Position numbers and translations under genes: made by a program
Part shown: positions 39,280-50,561 of the stretch, in pieces
Layout: each line of letters opens with the position of its first letter
Numbering within the stretch: position 1 is the first letter of the stretch
IMG/VR virus record: IMGVR_UViG_3300024581_003789
Coordinates: 1-59,664 of that record
From: a virus
Length of the DNA: 59,664 nucleotides
Direction: 5' to 3' (one strand)
The notes under the pieces: generated by a model
Seen by the model: only the letters and a program-made list of their open reading frames with translations
Databases searched by the model: none
What the model was told of the DNA's origin: nothing

Positions 39280-42036
39280 ATGTACGTTGCTAAAAAGAAT
39301 ACAAATAGATCAAAAATACTAAAAAATAACGACGTCAGAAAGCCAATACTTCTGTCAAAAAAATCTCATACAGATAGAGACGGAAACAGTGATACAATGC
39401 TCGAATTAGAATTTTTTTGCTTAGTCAACAATACAGCAAGAAGCGCAAATAAAAATTTACACACTTCAAATCAAGCAGCTTCAATTGAATTAAGGCTCTC
39501 AAAGAACAGTCTTTTCTATTACAAGACGTCAGGAAAAAAATCTGCTAGCAGTAAATTTATTAGTGACAATATCAAAAAAAACAAACCTGAACCGGGCGTA
39601 AGAAAAGTAAGAGGATCATATAAAAGTTATGAGACTAATTCTGATAACCCGCTTAATAAAGATCTTTCAACCCCCGGGAATAGACGCTATTCTAATCAGT
39701 TAAATCTAGAACAATCTAATTACATAGTCAATAGCATCCCAGGACACAAAAATAAAAATACAAAATCAATATTGTCTGATACAATTAAAATCGGCTCAAT
39801 TAGTCTGGTCAATGCTGAGATGATTGATTCTCAAGGTAAAAAATTAGTCATTACAAATCAAGTTCAAGTAAATAACAATCTCAACCAAGCAAATGCACTC
39901 AATTCTTTCTCTTTTAGAAATACCTATATGTCACTAGTTGAAATGGGAGTTGATCCTGCTCAGCTATTTCAAGGGCCATACAAGAAAAAGTCTTTTGGGT
40001 ATCAGAAAAGAGGAATATTTGAAAAAATCAAATCAATAACAAGAGATCAAAAGTTCGTCAAAGATGTCGTACCTGTTATTGACAACGCTTTTTTAAAAAT
40101 CAAAGGCTCAAAAGAAACCGAAATAAAGTATGAAAATGAATCAACTGATCAGACGCAATCATACGTTAGCACAAAAGTAAACATCAGTCTTAAAAAACTA
40201 CAATCACTAGGCGAAAACATTAATGTACTGATGTTTTGCAAAAACAAGCAAGGTGTATACTTAGAAGCTTCAGACTACACAATAAGCTTAAAAGACATCA
40301 AAGATCAATTAGTCCCAAAAGGGATTGAATATGAAGTTAATAGCAGTCGACTCAATTCAGGCGTCTCTATTTTGTCTTTAAATAACAACAATTTAGGCGT
40401 TGTTGATGTTGTTGTTCACGCAAAAAAAACAAAAAGAAATTCACCCTCTGAATATAATGTATTTAACAAGTACGATACTGTCACTCTAAAAAAAGAAAGT
40501 AGAAAAGTCTTAAGAGATGGTTCGCTTGATAATTCAAATAAAAACTTTCCTAAAAATTTCAAAAGATCAGAAAATATCATTTACAGAACTACTGTTAATT
40601 TACGAGGAAAAAGCTATAGTAATTTCAAAACATGTTCTGACAAAGGAAAGTTTAAACAAGAAAATACACCTCATTGTACTATATTTACAAAGACTAGTAG
40701 TACGAAAAACAGTATTGAAGTATACGTTCAAAATATTTCTAACAATGTAGTTGCTGTAAGGCCAAAAAAATATAGATATAAAGGATCAGCTAAAAGTGAA
40801 AAACTTCCTCTTATTAACAAGTTGGATAATGGCTTTCCAAAAGAGTTAAATACTTTTACTAAAGTCAAAGGCTCTTTAACATCTATTCGCTTTGAAGATT
40901 TTGACGTTTATCGATCAAAAAAATACATGTATGTTGTTGAATGTATGATGAAAAACGGAGAGATCAAAGATGCAGCTGCATTTTTTATTCATGACTATAG
41001 TGAAAGAGATGGAACTGTTCTGATCAACAATGTCAAAGTTGAAACAAATCAACCAAATATTACATCTACAGACGCAACTCCCCTCACAAGCAATAGCATT
41101 AATAGAAAAGTAACGTTAACTTTCAATATCAAGAAAATTGAAACTGAAATAGACAAGATTTTAAAAAATCTATTTGGTGGCTTGTTTGACATATTCAAAG
41201 ATGATTTATCAAACATTAGAGACTTACAAGGTCTGGTATACTCAGTTGAAGTTATTAGAATCAATAAAATGACAGGAGAGAATACAACAGTCGGTAAAGT
41301 AACTGCTGATGAAAGCGGAAATTGTGTCTTTGTTGATAATGAAAATCCTGCTTTTAGCGATACTTGCTATATGCTTTCTCCGAGAGTTTCTCCGACGTCT
41401 AGTTTGATCAGCAGTGTTAACGAAACTATAGAAAAGATGGGTAAAAAGACTATTTTTGACTCAATCAACTATGTTGATGCTGCAAATAAAAGAAAATACA
41501 AAAACAGAGATAAAGAAATACACACAACAGTAGGAAACAAGTACTCAAGAAGAAATTCTTTTTTAAAGGGTTTGATCGAAACACCCAATTTTGTTTTAAA
41601 TCAATCAAATTTTGATATATTCTTAAACTCTAAGACAGGAGATATTGAATATGTTGACGTTCCTGCTGGAAACACCTCTTTTGACAAAAATATTAGCGTC
41701 AAAACAGACTCAGTAAAGGAAGTTATTCTTGCAAAAAGCACACTGAATCCTGAAGAATCAAAAAATATAATGACAAAGAAATATTATGATGTGAGTTTTA
41801 CCATTACAAATGATTTCTTTGTTGACTTTTATATAATTTTTATTAAAGAATCAGGCAATGTATACTTAGATGGTGTAATGCATAGTACAGATTCTTTTTT
41901 GCAAGAGAATAAGTATTCTTATATAGTGGAGCATACTGGAAGTTTTGGCAAAGTTGAATATTATATTGTGCCTGTCTTTAAAGACGGAATGATATCATCT
42001 CCTAAACTAGTAGCTGCACAATTAATTAATAGCTGA
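39280..42036 (+). CDS. Hypothetical basic protein with Fn3/Ig-like beta segments
   Basis: FEDFDVYRSKKYMYVVE, CVFVDNE, VEYYIVPVFKDG patterns; 918-aa ORF. Confidence 0.55.
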   Translation: MYVAKKNTNRSKILKNNDVRKPILLSKKSHTDRDGNSDTMLELEFFCLVNNTARSANKNLHTSNQAASIELRLSKNSLFYYKTSGKKSASSKFISDNIKKNKPEPGVRKVRGSYKSYETNSDNPLNKDLSTPGNRRYSNQLNLEQSNYIVNSIPGHKNKNTKSILSDTIKIGSISLVNAEMIDSQGKKLVITNQVQVNNNLNQANALNSFSFRNTYMSLVEMGVDPAQLFQGPYKKKSFGYQKRGIFEKIKSITRDQKFVKDVVPVIDNAFLKIKGSKETEIKYENESTDQTQSYVSTKVNISLKKLQSLGENINVLMFCKNKQGVYLEASDYTISLKDIKDQLVPKGIEYEVNSSRLNSGVSILSLNNNNLGVVDVVVHAKKTKRNSPSEYNVFNKYDTVTLKKESRKVLRDGSLDNSNKNFPKNFKRSENIIYRTTVNLRGKSYSNFKTCSDKGKFKQENTPHCTIFTKTSSTKNSIEVYVQNISNNVVAVRPKKYRYKGSAKSEKLPLINKLDNGFPKELNTFTKVKGSLTSIRFEDFDVYRSKKYMYVVECMMKNGEIKDAAAFFIHDYSERDGTVLINNVKVETNQPNITSTDATPLTSNSINRKVTLTFNIKKIETEIDKILKNLFGGLFDIFKDDLSNIRDLQGLVYSVEVIRINKMTGENTTVGKVTADESGNCVFVDNENPAFSDTCYMLSPRVSPTSSLISSVNETIEKMGKKTIFDSINYVDAANKRKYKNRDKEIHTTVGNKYSRRNSFLKGLIETPNFVLNQSNFDIFLNSKTGDIEYVDVPAGNTSFDKNISVKTDSVKEVILAKSTLNPEESKNIMTKKYYDVSFTITNDFFVDFYIIFIKESGNVYLDGVMHSTDSFLQENKYSYIVEHTGSFGKVEYYIVPVFKDGMISSPKLVAAQLINS

Positions 42037-42050
42037 AGGATAAGATAAAA

Positions 42051-45000
42051 ATGGCAAAGAATACTGCGGACATCAATATCAGTCTTGAATCATCTTCAAA
42101 AGTGGCAGAATTTCCTAGCTCTGCAGGAAAATTATTAGAAATTTTAATTGCTGAGCAAAAAAGTAGTGATATCAATGAAGAAGCATATGAAGCTTTTACT
42201 TCGCCAGGAAATACAGAAATTTATAAAAGGTTGCAGTCGAAAGGCCTAAATAATTTGAGATCTGAGATTATTAGCATCTGTGAGTTCATACCTATATCAA
42301 CAGAGAACATAGATGAGTCAGCGTCTATGCATAATAAGAAATTAGGGGAAAATACTTCCATCAGCGTTTCTAACATTTCTAGAGTAATTGAACTACATCG
42401 ACAAATAAGAGAATATATTTATACAGCATCACAACTAGTTCTTGACGCTGAATACCCGGGATTGTCTGACCCTGAATTTTTAAAAGAGCTTAGCAGGTGT
42501 GTCAACAGAGGCTTTAATACTAGTGCAGATACGTCAACTAAGAAAACTGTAGATAATATCATTACTGCGATTTTAAGTAATGAAGTCAATAAAGTGGGCC
42601 CTGCCTCTAATAAAACTGTTGAGCTTATTTCTACTAACAGAAACAATCCATATTTTCTTGGCTTGGTTGAATATTTTGTTTATCGTCGTCTAGTAGATGA
42701 AATATCTAAATATCTTTATAGGATATCAGAAATAGAAAACAATCTTTCTGGTTATATAAACATCGACAATTTTAGAAATTTAAAAACTTTTAATCCTGCC
42801 AGCGCTTTTGAAGACGTGGATGATAGAGCTAAAAACAGTTTTAATTCAGAAACACAAACGCTGCTTTACGATGATAATCTTTCTTTATCTTTGATGGCAC
42901 TAGATACTTTGACAGACAATGTTTCAGGAGATATCTACGTCAATGCGATCGGGCAGCTAATTAATGCTTGCACATTTAGAGATTCTGCTAGAACTCTGTC
43001 TTCGCTTTCATCCGCAGATCGATCGCTAACTAGAGTTCAAACTGGCAAAATGAGAGTAGGTATTCAGTCAGACTTATCAGAAACTATCGCGAATATAAAG
43101 TCGATACCGCTAAAAGGTTTTTTAACCTTACTGGGTGATAACACACAAGAAGAAATCAATTCTTTCGGAGTTAATTACGAATCAGAAAAAGAATTGACGC
43201 TGGAAAAATTTTACTCTTATTTTAAAAACATAAGAAACGCTTCCGGTGATGGATTTGATGAGGTGGAAGAGGGAGCAAAGGAGCTCATGGCTGCTTTAAG
43301 CTACGATATCATGTCGTGGTACATAACTAGAATTGGTGGTGAAGAAGCAGGTACATCATCAAGCTTAACAGAGGGTTCAGTATCTTCTGAATCAACTGAC
43401 CTAGGTTACTCTATTGCTGATTCACTTCACTCTTTTAGGCTTAGTGAAAGACAATCCGGAGTTACAAACAACAATAATCAATATGTTCGTTATTCCAAAG
43501 AACTTGCAAAAGAAGGTAACAATATATACTTTGATTATCTACAAAAGAATTTTGGAATTGATAAAAATATTCTCGATATTAATGAAGCTGAATCAGGATC
43601 AAAAATAGTAGACATTTCAGAGTCTTTAGTCTCTACACCCGGTAATACTTCTATTAGTAGCGAACCAAATAGTGTAGGTTTTGGAGACTTTACAAGAAAT
43701 ACATACGGTTACAGAAAAGGAACGTTTTATAGCGAGAGTCAAAATAATTCTGTCAATTACCTACCTCTAGAGTCTTCAAATACAACAGACAACGCTGTTC
43801 CAGGTGCCAAGTTTTTTGTAGAAAGCAAACTCCAAGACTTGGCTTTATCTAACAATTCGCAAGAAAATTCTGAGTATTCAAAATTTGTAAAAGATTACAA
43901 AAAGCTATCTAATTTTTTGTTTGAGGACATTCTTACTCTTTACCCACACAGTGAGATAACCAAACAATATAATAGTCAAGAAAACGAAGATAATAGAGGA
44001 AAAGGTGAGCATCGCTTGACACCTCTAGGGCTGGGATCTGCAAAAACTATGTTATTCAATATGATCCAAGGTTTGATTCTAGATTTAGAAGATATAATAA
44101 GCCAATCAAATGATGAAAAAACTTCTTTGATTCCTTTGTTGGCAATTGTTTTAAAAGCTAGCAATAATGAAACAGAAAAAAGCATTTTTCCTTTTTTAAG
44201 CTCTTTGTGGGGTGAAGTTTATCTGGATCCAGCAAAGGAATCCAGCGCAAAAATAAAAATAGGGCGTTATTTAGAGTATTATACAGAAATATGTGCAATT
44301 AACTTTTTTAAGTCGTTAGGATTGTCTCCAAGAGAGCAAGGTAGTGACGCAACAAGAGAGTTTATGGGTGGCTCCGGTCAATCTTACAATTTGTGGCTAG
44401 GGGACAATAATGATTTATTTTATAAGGGCAATATTGCAAATAAGTTTAATAGAGGAAAAGACCTAAACAAAAAAATTGAAAATGATAGCAAAACAGGAAG
44501 TACAACTGTATTGAAAATTCAGGCTAAAAAAATAGATAATGTTTTTGATAATACTTTAGGCGGTGGAGAACGATTATCTAAAGTTAGTGAAGGGCATGAA
44601 AGTGACAGTGTCAAATACGGGATTCACAGATTATTTTCAAAGCTTTATGAAGCAGCAAATAACTTAGAAATTCATGAAAGTCTAAATGGAAAAACTAATA
44701 TATCATGGGTAGATCCTGAATTTACTAATACGAATTCAGGAAAAAGAAAATACATTGACCACACTAGTGCAAATATGCTTGAAAACGGGAGAGGGTATCC
44801 TGGTGAAGATTTTGTAAACCCTAACGGTGTTAACGGAGAGTTGATCAATTTTTCTGGACAACATGCAATGTTAATAGCATATCAATGGGCTACAAAGTTA
44901 ATTCAAAAAACAATTCAAGTATTTGCTCAAACAACTTCTGACGGAACTTTTAGTCTTAAAATATATGACGATCAAATCCAGGGAACAATAGACGGATTAA

Positions 45001-46511
45001 AGAGTGTAATGATAGACAGCTCAAATAGTGATCTATCAGGAAATTTTAGCGAAAATTATATCAACTCATACCAAATTGCAAAAAATTATGCAGAAGACAC
45101 TGTATCTAAAATTACTATCAGAGAGAACTTTATAAGAGATATTGCAGGTCTATTTTCAGCGCATAGTGATGCTATTAAAAATCTAGATAGTAAAATTGAC
45201 AACATCTTTGAAGGTGACACTGGAAGCTTGGCTGTTAATACTCTTAAAGAAAATAATGTTTTTAAAGACAGCGTCATTGCTATTGATAGTCTAGGTGTAG
45301 GTGAGTTGATTAAATCAAAAAATAAGTTTTTTGAACTGTCAAAAGATTCTTTAATTTTTAGAAACACTAAGCATGTCTTACCTAAGATAAATTTAATGGA
45401 AAAAGTTTTTTCAAGAAGCGGGTATGGGTTCTTAAAGTCTGAAAAACTTGGTCAAAAGTCCATGATAAATGTTGGGATTCCAAAGACAATGATCAGCACT
45501 TTGCAATCACTAGCTTTTAGAGAGACAAGCGACCCAAGATATATTGACTCTCCTTTTGTTTGCATTTCTGTTTTTAAGAAAAACCACCTTGACCCAGAGG
45601 CGGAATACTATCCTAAGAATTTTATTTTTGATGTGTCTGCAAACATTCTGGACTATAAAATAGACAATAGCGATTTAGGGAAGTTGACTAATCATTTAGA
45701 AAATTTAAAAACTGACATGTCTTTCAGTAACATACTTAAGTCTATAGAGTTGCAAAGATTCTTGCCCGGGGGTAAAGATATAAAAATTCATACTTCTTTT
45801 GGGTATGGAGAGTCTGGTATGTTTTCTAAAGAAGTTTTAATTAATCATCTTCACGACTACCTTTTGAAAGAATATATCAAAATGACTACCGGTTTTTTAA
45901 TTGATGAAAGTTCTTTTCTTCTTGCAGAAAAGCCAATCAACTATCAAAACGTGGAAACAACTCAAAATTTAGGAACTAGACTCAATAATGAGTACCAAAG
46001 AGTCTTAGAAAACATTAGAAAAAGATATCCTAAAATAGAAGTTGATGATCAACTCAAGAGTGAAGTCTTTAGAATGATAAGTATGATTAAGCAGTCTGCA
46101 CCTTTTTCTTTTGTCAATCGATTCAAACAAACAATAACACCTAATAGTTTTGATAAAGTTTATACAGTTTTGATCAATGAAAAAGATTTTGTAAGAATTC
46201 CTCCCGCAGGTATGACATCAGACAATCACATACTTTCTATAGACGGATCGTTGACAAGAAAACTAGTCTCTAGTTATCAAATTAGCGAAGACGGGTCTTT
46301 AAGTTACGGAAATACAATAAGCGTATTGAATGAGTCAGACAATAACACGCCTTCTGTATATAACTACTATACACAAGTCTCTATTCTTCCGATCGGGTTT
46401 GTCGAAGGAGCACAACCTGTGACTATCGATGGCGGAACAACTAGTTCAATTTCTTTTGCATCGCCCATTCAATCTACAGGCCCGGTGACGGTTCCTGTTG
46501 GACTATTTTAA
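42051..46511 (+). CDS. Very large hypothetical protein (1486 aa), probably virion-associated
   Basis: Long ORF with AAGGA RBS inside the structural block; no motif recognised. Confidence 0.6.
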   Translation: MAKNTADINISLESSSKVAEFPSSAGKLLEILIAEQKSSDINEEAYEAFTSPGNTEIYKRLQSKGLNNLRSEIISICEFIPISTENIDESASMHNKKLGENTSISVSNISRVIELHRQIREYIYTASQLVLDAEYPGLSDPEFLKELSRCVNRGFNTSADTSTKKTVDNIITAILSNEVNKVGPASNKTVELISTNRNNPYFLGLVEYFVYRRLVDEISKYLYRISEIENNLSGYINIDNFRNLKTFNPASAFEDVDDRAKNSFNSETQTLLYDDNLSLSLMALDTLTDNVSGDIYVNAIGQLINACTFRDSARTLSSLSSADRSLTRVQTGKMRVGIQSDLSETIANIKSIPLKGFLTLLGDNTQEEINSFGVNYESEKELTLEKFYSYFKNIRNASGDGFDEVEEGAKELMAALSYDIMSWYITRIGGEEAGTSSSLTEGSVSSESTDLGYSIADSLHSFRLSERQSGVTNNNNQYVRYSKELAKEGNNIYFDYLQKNFGIDKNILDINEAESGSKIVDISESLVSTPGNTSISSEPNSVGFGDFTRNTYGYRKGTFYSESQNNSVNYLPLESSNTTDNAVPGAKFFVESKLQDLALSNNSQENSEYSKFVKDYKKLSNFLFEDILTLYPHSEITKQYNSQENEDNRGKGEHRLTPLGLGSAKTMLFNMIQGLILDLEDIISQSNDEKTSLIPLLAIVLKASNNETEKSIFPFLSSLWGEVYLDPAKESSAKIKIGRYLEYYTEICAINFFKSLGLSPREQGSDATREFMGGSGQSYNLWLGDNNDLFYKGNIANKFNRGKDLNKKIENDSKTGSTTVLKIQAKKIDNVFDNTLGGGERLSKVSEGHESDSVKYGIHRLFSKLYEAANNLEIHESLNGKTNISWVDPEFTNTNSGKRKYIDHTSANMLENGRGYPGEDFVNPNGVNGELINFSGQHAMLIAYQWATKLIQKTIQVFAQTTSDGTFSLKIYDDQIQGTIDGLKSVMIDSSNSDLSGNFSENYINSYQIAKNYAEDTVSKITIRENFIRDIAGLFSAHSDAIKNLDSKIDNIFEGDTGSLAVNTLKENNVFKDSVIAIDSLGVGELIKSKNKFFELSKDSLIFRNTKHVLPKINLMEKVFSRSGYGFLKSEKLGQKSMINVGIPKTMISTLQSLAFRETSDPRYIDSPFVCISVFKKNHLDPEAEYYPKNFIFDVSANILDYKIDNSDLGKLTNHLENLKTDMSFSNILKSIELQRFLPGGKDIKIHTSFGYGESGMFSKEVLINHLHDYLLKEYIKMTTGFLIDESSFLLAEKPINYQNVETTQNLGTRLNNEYQRVLENIRKRYPKIEVDDQLKSEVFRMISMIKQSAPFSFVNRFKQTITPNSFDKVYTVLINEKDFVRIPPAGMTSDNHILSIDGSLTRKLVSSYQISEDGSLSYGNTISVLNESDNNTPSVYNYYTQVSILPIGFVEGAQPVTIDGGTTSSISFASPIQSTGPVTVPVGLF

Positions 46512-46522
46512 AAAGGAAAATC

Positions 46523-48529
46523 ATGTCTAATATTATTAAAAACTCTCTAGAAAAAGCAAAATTTTATAACAAAGACGATAATTCCCCTAGAGCGTCCTTT
46601 AGTTCACGCCCGGCAAATAAAATTAATATACCTGAGGTCAAAGGTGCAAAAGTAGATTTTGTCTACAATTATTTTACAAGAGATGAAAGAGTTAGACCGG
46701 ACAGTATAAATAATGTTGATAAAGTTTTAGAATTAGACGCTTCAAATACTGATGAAATATACTACAGGACAGTCAACGACAAACTAGCTAGATATGTTAA
46801 AATAACCTTTTCACCGCCTAAAATTCCCAAGATTTTCTACGATGAAGACGTTAATATAAATACATTAGACGTAGACATAAATTCAATTGTTAACAAAATA
46901 ATGATTGAAGGAGCAACTTCAAATACAGTCTTTTCAGGAGTAGAACTTATTGACACGGGTAAGGAAAACAAACTTTATAATATGTTAGATAGTTCAATGT
47001 ATTTTATGAACATATCAAGAGAAAGAGAGTCTAACTTAGGTGCTGTTTCTAATCTGTATAACGTGCTAGAACAAAAAGGTGGACTGCGAGGAAAAGATAA
47101 AAAAATACTGAGAGAAGCTTTTAAAAATTTATCTTCTAATAATTATAGGCTAGCAAAATCAGATGTATCACCAGAAATTGCTAAGTCATCTCAAGACCCT
47201 ATATCTAAACAGTCTTTTTCAGTACAGTTCAATAATCTTCTGATGGAAGAAATGGTAAATTCGTCTAACATCATACCTGATACTGTCTATCAAGATGAAA
47301 TAAGATCCTTGTCAGATGTTGCTAGTAACATTAGATCTAGTCTGATAGAGACGATCCCTCCTGCTCACCAGTATAATGAGTTAGACTACGATTTAGAAGT
47401 AAAGGCTGTTGACGTAAAGGCAATACCAGAGTCTACAAATCTAAATACGTCAAACTACCCAGAAATTAGATTTGTCGGGTATATTCTAGAAAAGTATGAA
47501 GTTCTACCGGACGAGACTATTGAATTGGTTGGGAGAAGATATATTAGCAATCACAATAGTTATTTTGCAATTGATGATCAAGTAAGATATGGTGGCTTAT
47601 ATTTTTATAAGATAAGAACAGTCTGTAGGGTTAAATTTATAGGAACAATCGACAATCCAATCAACCCAGCGATTAATCAACTTGGTATTATAACTTGTTT
47701 CATGGGTTCGTCAGGCGTAATTGAAACTGTAAGATGTATTGAAAAGACTGCGCCACCACCGCCTGCAAATTTAAAAGTTAAATTTGATTTTGAGTCTTCA
47801 CTTCCTAAACTTTATTGGGAATTCCCATTCAACAAGCAGAGAGATATCAAAGGTTTTCAGATATTTAAAAGAAACAGCATTAATGAACCTTTTAGACTTT
47901 TAAAAGAATATAATTTTGACAACTCTTTGATTAAAAGTGAACCACAAGAATTGATCCCTAGCGAAGATATAATCCAAACTAAGATTCCTAGAACAATATT
48001 TATTGACAATTCGCACAACGAGGGAGAAAAACCAATATATGCTGTAGCTTCTATTGATGCGCATGGAATGACTTCTAATTATAGTCGTCAAGTAAAAGTT
48101 GAGAGAAATCCCTACATAAACAAGGTCAAGCAAACAGTGATTAGTCGCGAAGGTGCGCCTAAACCCTATCCAAATATGTTTCTAAATAATGATACTTTTA
48201 TCGATGCAATCAAAACTAGCAAATACGATAGAATTAGTTTGGTTTTTGATCCGGAATATTATGACGTTGTCAAGACAGAAAAAGGCAGACAGACTCAACC
48301 TGGGATGACAACAGATGTAGTTAGAGAGAGATCTTTGAATCTATTGGCAATTGATGAAAATATTTACAGATATAAGTTTCATTTTATAAACATTGACAAT
48401 CAAAAAGATAAAGTTTTAGAAGTTAAGCTAGCAACCAAAGCTTCACCCGGAACTACCGAAGAACAATTTAAAGTATCGGCTGCCAGTTTTTCTAAAAACA
48501 ATATGAGTTTTCAATACGGGGTAGAATAA
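46523..48529 (+). CDS. Structural protein with Fn3-like domains
   Basis: GYILEK..IDDQVRYGGLYFYKIR; APPPPANLKV..LYWE..DIKGFQIFKR..FIDN..YAVASIDAHG.TSNYS. Confidence 0.65.
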   Translation: MSNIIKNSLEKAKFYNKDDNSPRASFSSRPANKINIPEVKGAKVDFVYNYFTRDERVRPDSINNVDKVLELDASNTDEIYYRTVNDKLARYVKITFSPPKIPKIFYDEDVNINTLDVDINSIVNKIMIEGATSNTVFSGVELIDTGKENKLYNMLDSSMYFMNISRERESNLGAVSNLYNVLEQKGGLRGKDKKILREAFKNLSSNNYRLAKSDVSPEIAKSSQDPISKQSFSVQFNNLLMEEMVNSSNIIPDTVYQDEIRSLSDVASNIRSSLIETIPPAHQYNELDYDLEVKAVDVKAIPESTNLNTSNYPEIRFVGYILEKYEVLPDETIELVGRRYISNHNSYFAIDDQVRYGGLYFYKIRTVCRVKFIGTIDNPINPAINQLGIITCFMGSSGVIETVRCIEKTAPPPPANLKVKFDFESSLPKLYWEFPFNKQRDIKGFQIFKRNSINEPFRLLKEYNFDNSLIKSEPQELIPSEDIIQTKIPRTIFIDNSHNEGEKPIYAVASIDAHGMTSNYSRQVKVERNPYINKVKQTVISREGAPKPYPNMFLNNDTFIDAIKTSKYDRISLVFDPEYYDVVKTEKGRQTQPGMTTDVVRERSLNLLAIDENIYRYKFHFINIDNQKDKVLEVKLATKASPGTTEEQFKVSAASFSKNNMSFQYGVE

Positions 48530-48556
48530 AAATTTACCACGAAACTTATTAGTGGT

Positions 48557-48565
48557 ATATTTATC
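48557..48565 (+). promoter_or_regulatory. Putative late promoter core ATATTTATC
   Basis: Variant of ATAYTTAT in the gap before a structural gene. Confidence 0.3.
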
Positions 48566-48597
48566 TAATAAGAAATATATAGAACGGAGAGTTTAAA

Positions 48598-49311
48598 ATG
48601 GGTTTTTTGGATCACAGTACTAACAATATTATTGTTGATGCCGTACTTACTGATGCTGGTCGACGTGCGCTAGCAAGAAATGATGGTTCATTTCAAGTAT
48701 ATCAGTTTGCATTAGGTGATGATGAGGTTGACTATTCAATTATTACAACTTTTGGAAAGACAGTTGGAAAAGAAAAAATTGAAAAGAATACACCAATTAT
48801 GGAAGCACTGACTGCGGGTAGTTTAGCGCTTAAAAATAAAATTGTATCAATTGACAATGAATATGTTTCTTATTTTCCTATTTTCACCATTAATGCAGGT
48901 GCAAGTGATGGAAATTCTTATACAACTTACCAAAGAACGGGAACAGCAACAAATAGTAAAACAAAATCTATTTCAATTGAAGTACAGCCTGCGGCAGGTA
49001 CACCAGAGATTGACCCACAACTAATTGATAGCGCATTTAGAGTCGAAATGAATCACATCTTTTTAAAGATCGACGGAGATCAACCAGATGTAATTTATTC
49101 GGACAACATTGCTGTCTATGAAGTTGATGCCGAGCCCGGTTCTAGCAATATTACGTCCACTGCTTCATTTAATATGTCCCTAAAGGGCATTACAGATACG
49201 ACGTTTAACATCTACGCCACTTCTTCTGGAAACTTTATTAAAACATATGTTAAAGTAACTGGAATTAATTCTGGTATCTCTCAGACGTTCGAAGTAAGAA
49301 TCAATAACTAA
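48598..49311 (+). CDS. Structural protein with N-terminus resembling the first half of the tail-collar fibre (DUF3751) domain
   Basis: AVLTDAGRRALA..QVYQFALGDD; GGAGAG RBS. Confidence 0.65.
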   Translation: MGFLDHSTNNIIVDAVLTDAGRRALARNDGSFQVYQFALGDDEVDYSIITTFGKTVGKEKIEKNTPIMEALTAGSLALKNKIVSIDNEYVSYFPIFTINAGASDGNSYTTYQRTGTATNSKTKSISIEVQPAAGTPEIDPQLIDSAFRVEMNHIFLKIDGDQPDVIYSDNIAVYEVDAEPGSSNITSTASFNMSLKGITDTTFNIYATSSGNFIKTYVKVTGINSGISQTFEVRINN

Positions 49312-49329
49312 TAAAGAGGAAAATTAATA

Positions 49330-50553
49330 ATGGCAACTTTTAAAACAATCACTAGTGACGATATCAAAACAACAACATCAGTTTTGAATCAGTTAGTAGA
49401 CTTTGTAGAGTCTGATGTATCAGGTTCAAATACACGAAAAAAATATCAAGTATTTGTTACCAGCTCTGGCGATAATGCAGTTACTTCTTCTTTGTTTCAC
49501 ACTGTATACGATCAAAACTACACTTTGCAAACATCAAACGAACTTTTTGACATGACAATGGGTATTTTTGAAGGATCTGATACTGTTGTTGATGCTCAAG
49601 CTGGTTTGTCTCCGGACGCAAATGGAAAACTTTTGTTCCCGTCACAGTCTCTAATGATGAGAGAAAAAATTAGTATCTATAAGCAACATGCACAATTACT
49701 TTTAGGTGATTCCAGTCAAAGATTCACTGCTCCGTTCACTCAATCAACTGTTCTTGACTCTAACAATATTGATGAAGCACTTTTTATTAACTTTAAAAGA
49801 CTTTTTGTTCGCGACGGAATTAAAAGAGAAACTTTTGCTGTTAAAATGTGGCAAAGTTCTTCATTTGGTGACTTTGACGAAGCTGGTTTTATTGCAAGTC
49901 ATGCAGGTGAGCAAAACTTAATTGTGACTGAATTGCACCCACCAACAGGATCTTTTATTTATACAGACGTTGGATCATCAACCAGCGTAGAAAGATCTCC
50001 TACAGGAGGAGACGTTGGCAATATTGTTAATGCCTCAGACACTTCTGAAGTTGTGGGAACAATGTTCTACCAACAAGGTATTGCAGTATTTGATATGAAA
50101 AAGATCTTTAATGCAGATCAGTTTATTACAGGCTCTATTCAGTCTGTGGGTGACAAGCAAAACACTGATGTACATGATTCATTCATTCCTGGTTTTGTTG
50201 TTTCTGCATCAATGGATCAGATTTTAGATCACGTTGCATCAACTAGATTTGGTAGCGGTTCAAACACTGTCATGACTTTCCAAAATAATACAAAAATTAA
50301 CTCTACACTCTATTTTTGTAGAGCAACTGCTGATGAATTTAATTACTCAACAAACCCATCTTATACTAACGAAGAAGGAAGAATTAGAGTTATCTCTGCT
50401 GGGCAAGAAGGTGTTGAGAAGTCATTTTCATTCATTACAACAGTAGGGCTTTATGACGCAAACGAAGAATTACTGGCAGTTGCAAAATTAAGTCGTCCTG
50501 TTGAAAAGAACGACGAAAAGGATATGACTTTCAGAGTACGTCTAGACTTTTAA
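49330..50553 (+). CDS. Structural protein with C-terminus resembling the second half of the tail-collar fibre domain
   Basis: EFNYSTNPSY..FITTVGLYDANEELLAVAKLSRPVEK..FRVRLDF; GAGGA RBS. Confidence 0.7.
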   Translation: MATFKTITSDDIKTTTSVLNQLVDFVESDVSGSNTRKKYQVFVTSSGDNAVTSSLFHTVYDQNYTLQTSNELFDMTMGIFEGSDTVVDAQAGLSPDANGKLLFPSQSLMMREKISIYKQHAQLLLGDSSQRFTAPFTQSTVLDSNNIDEALFINFKRLFVRDGIKRETFAVKMWQSSSFGDFDEAGFIASHAGEQNLIVTELHPPTGSFIYTDVGSSTSVERSPTGGDVGNIVNASDTSEVVGTMFYQQGIAVFDMKKIFNADQFITGSIQSVGDKQNTDVHDSFIPGFVVSASMDQILDHVASTRFGSGSNTVMTFQNNTKINSTLYFCRATADEFNYSTNPSYTNEEGRIRVISAGQEGVEKSFSFITTVGLYDANEELLAVAKLSRPVEKNDEKDMTFRVRLDF

Positions 50554-50561
50554 GGAAAATA

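Noticed and set aside
42051-46511. Tape measure protein or virion RNA polymerase
   Set aside because: No periodic Ala/Trp-rich tape-measure pattern and no DxDGD motif seen.
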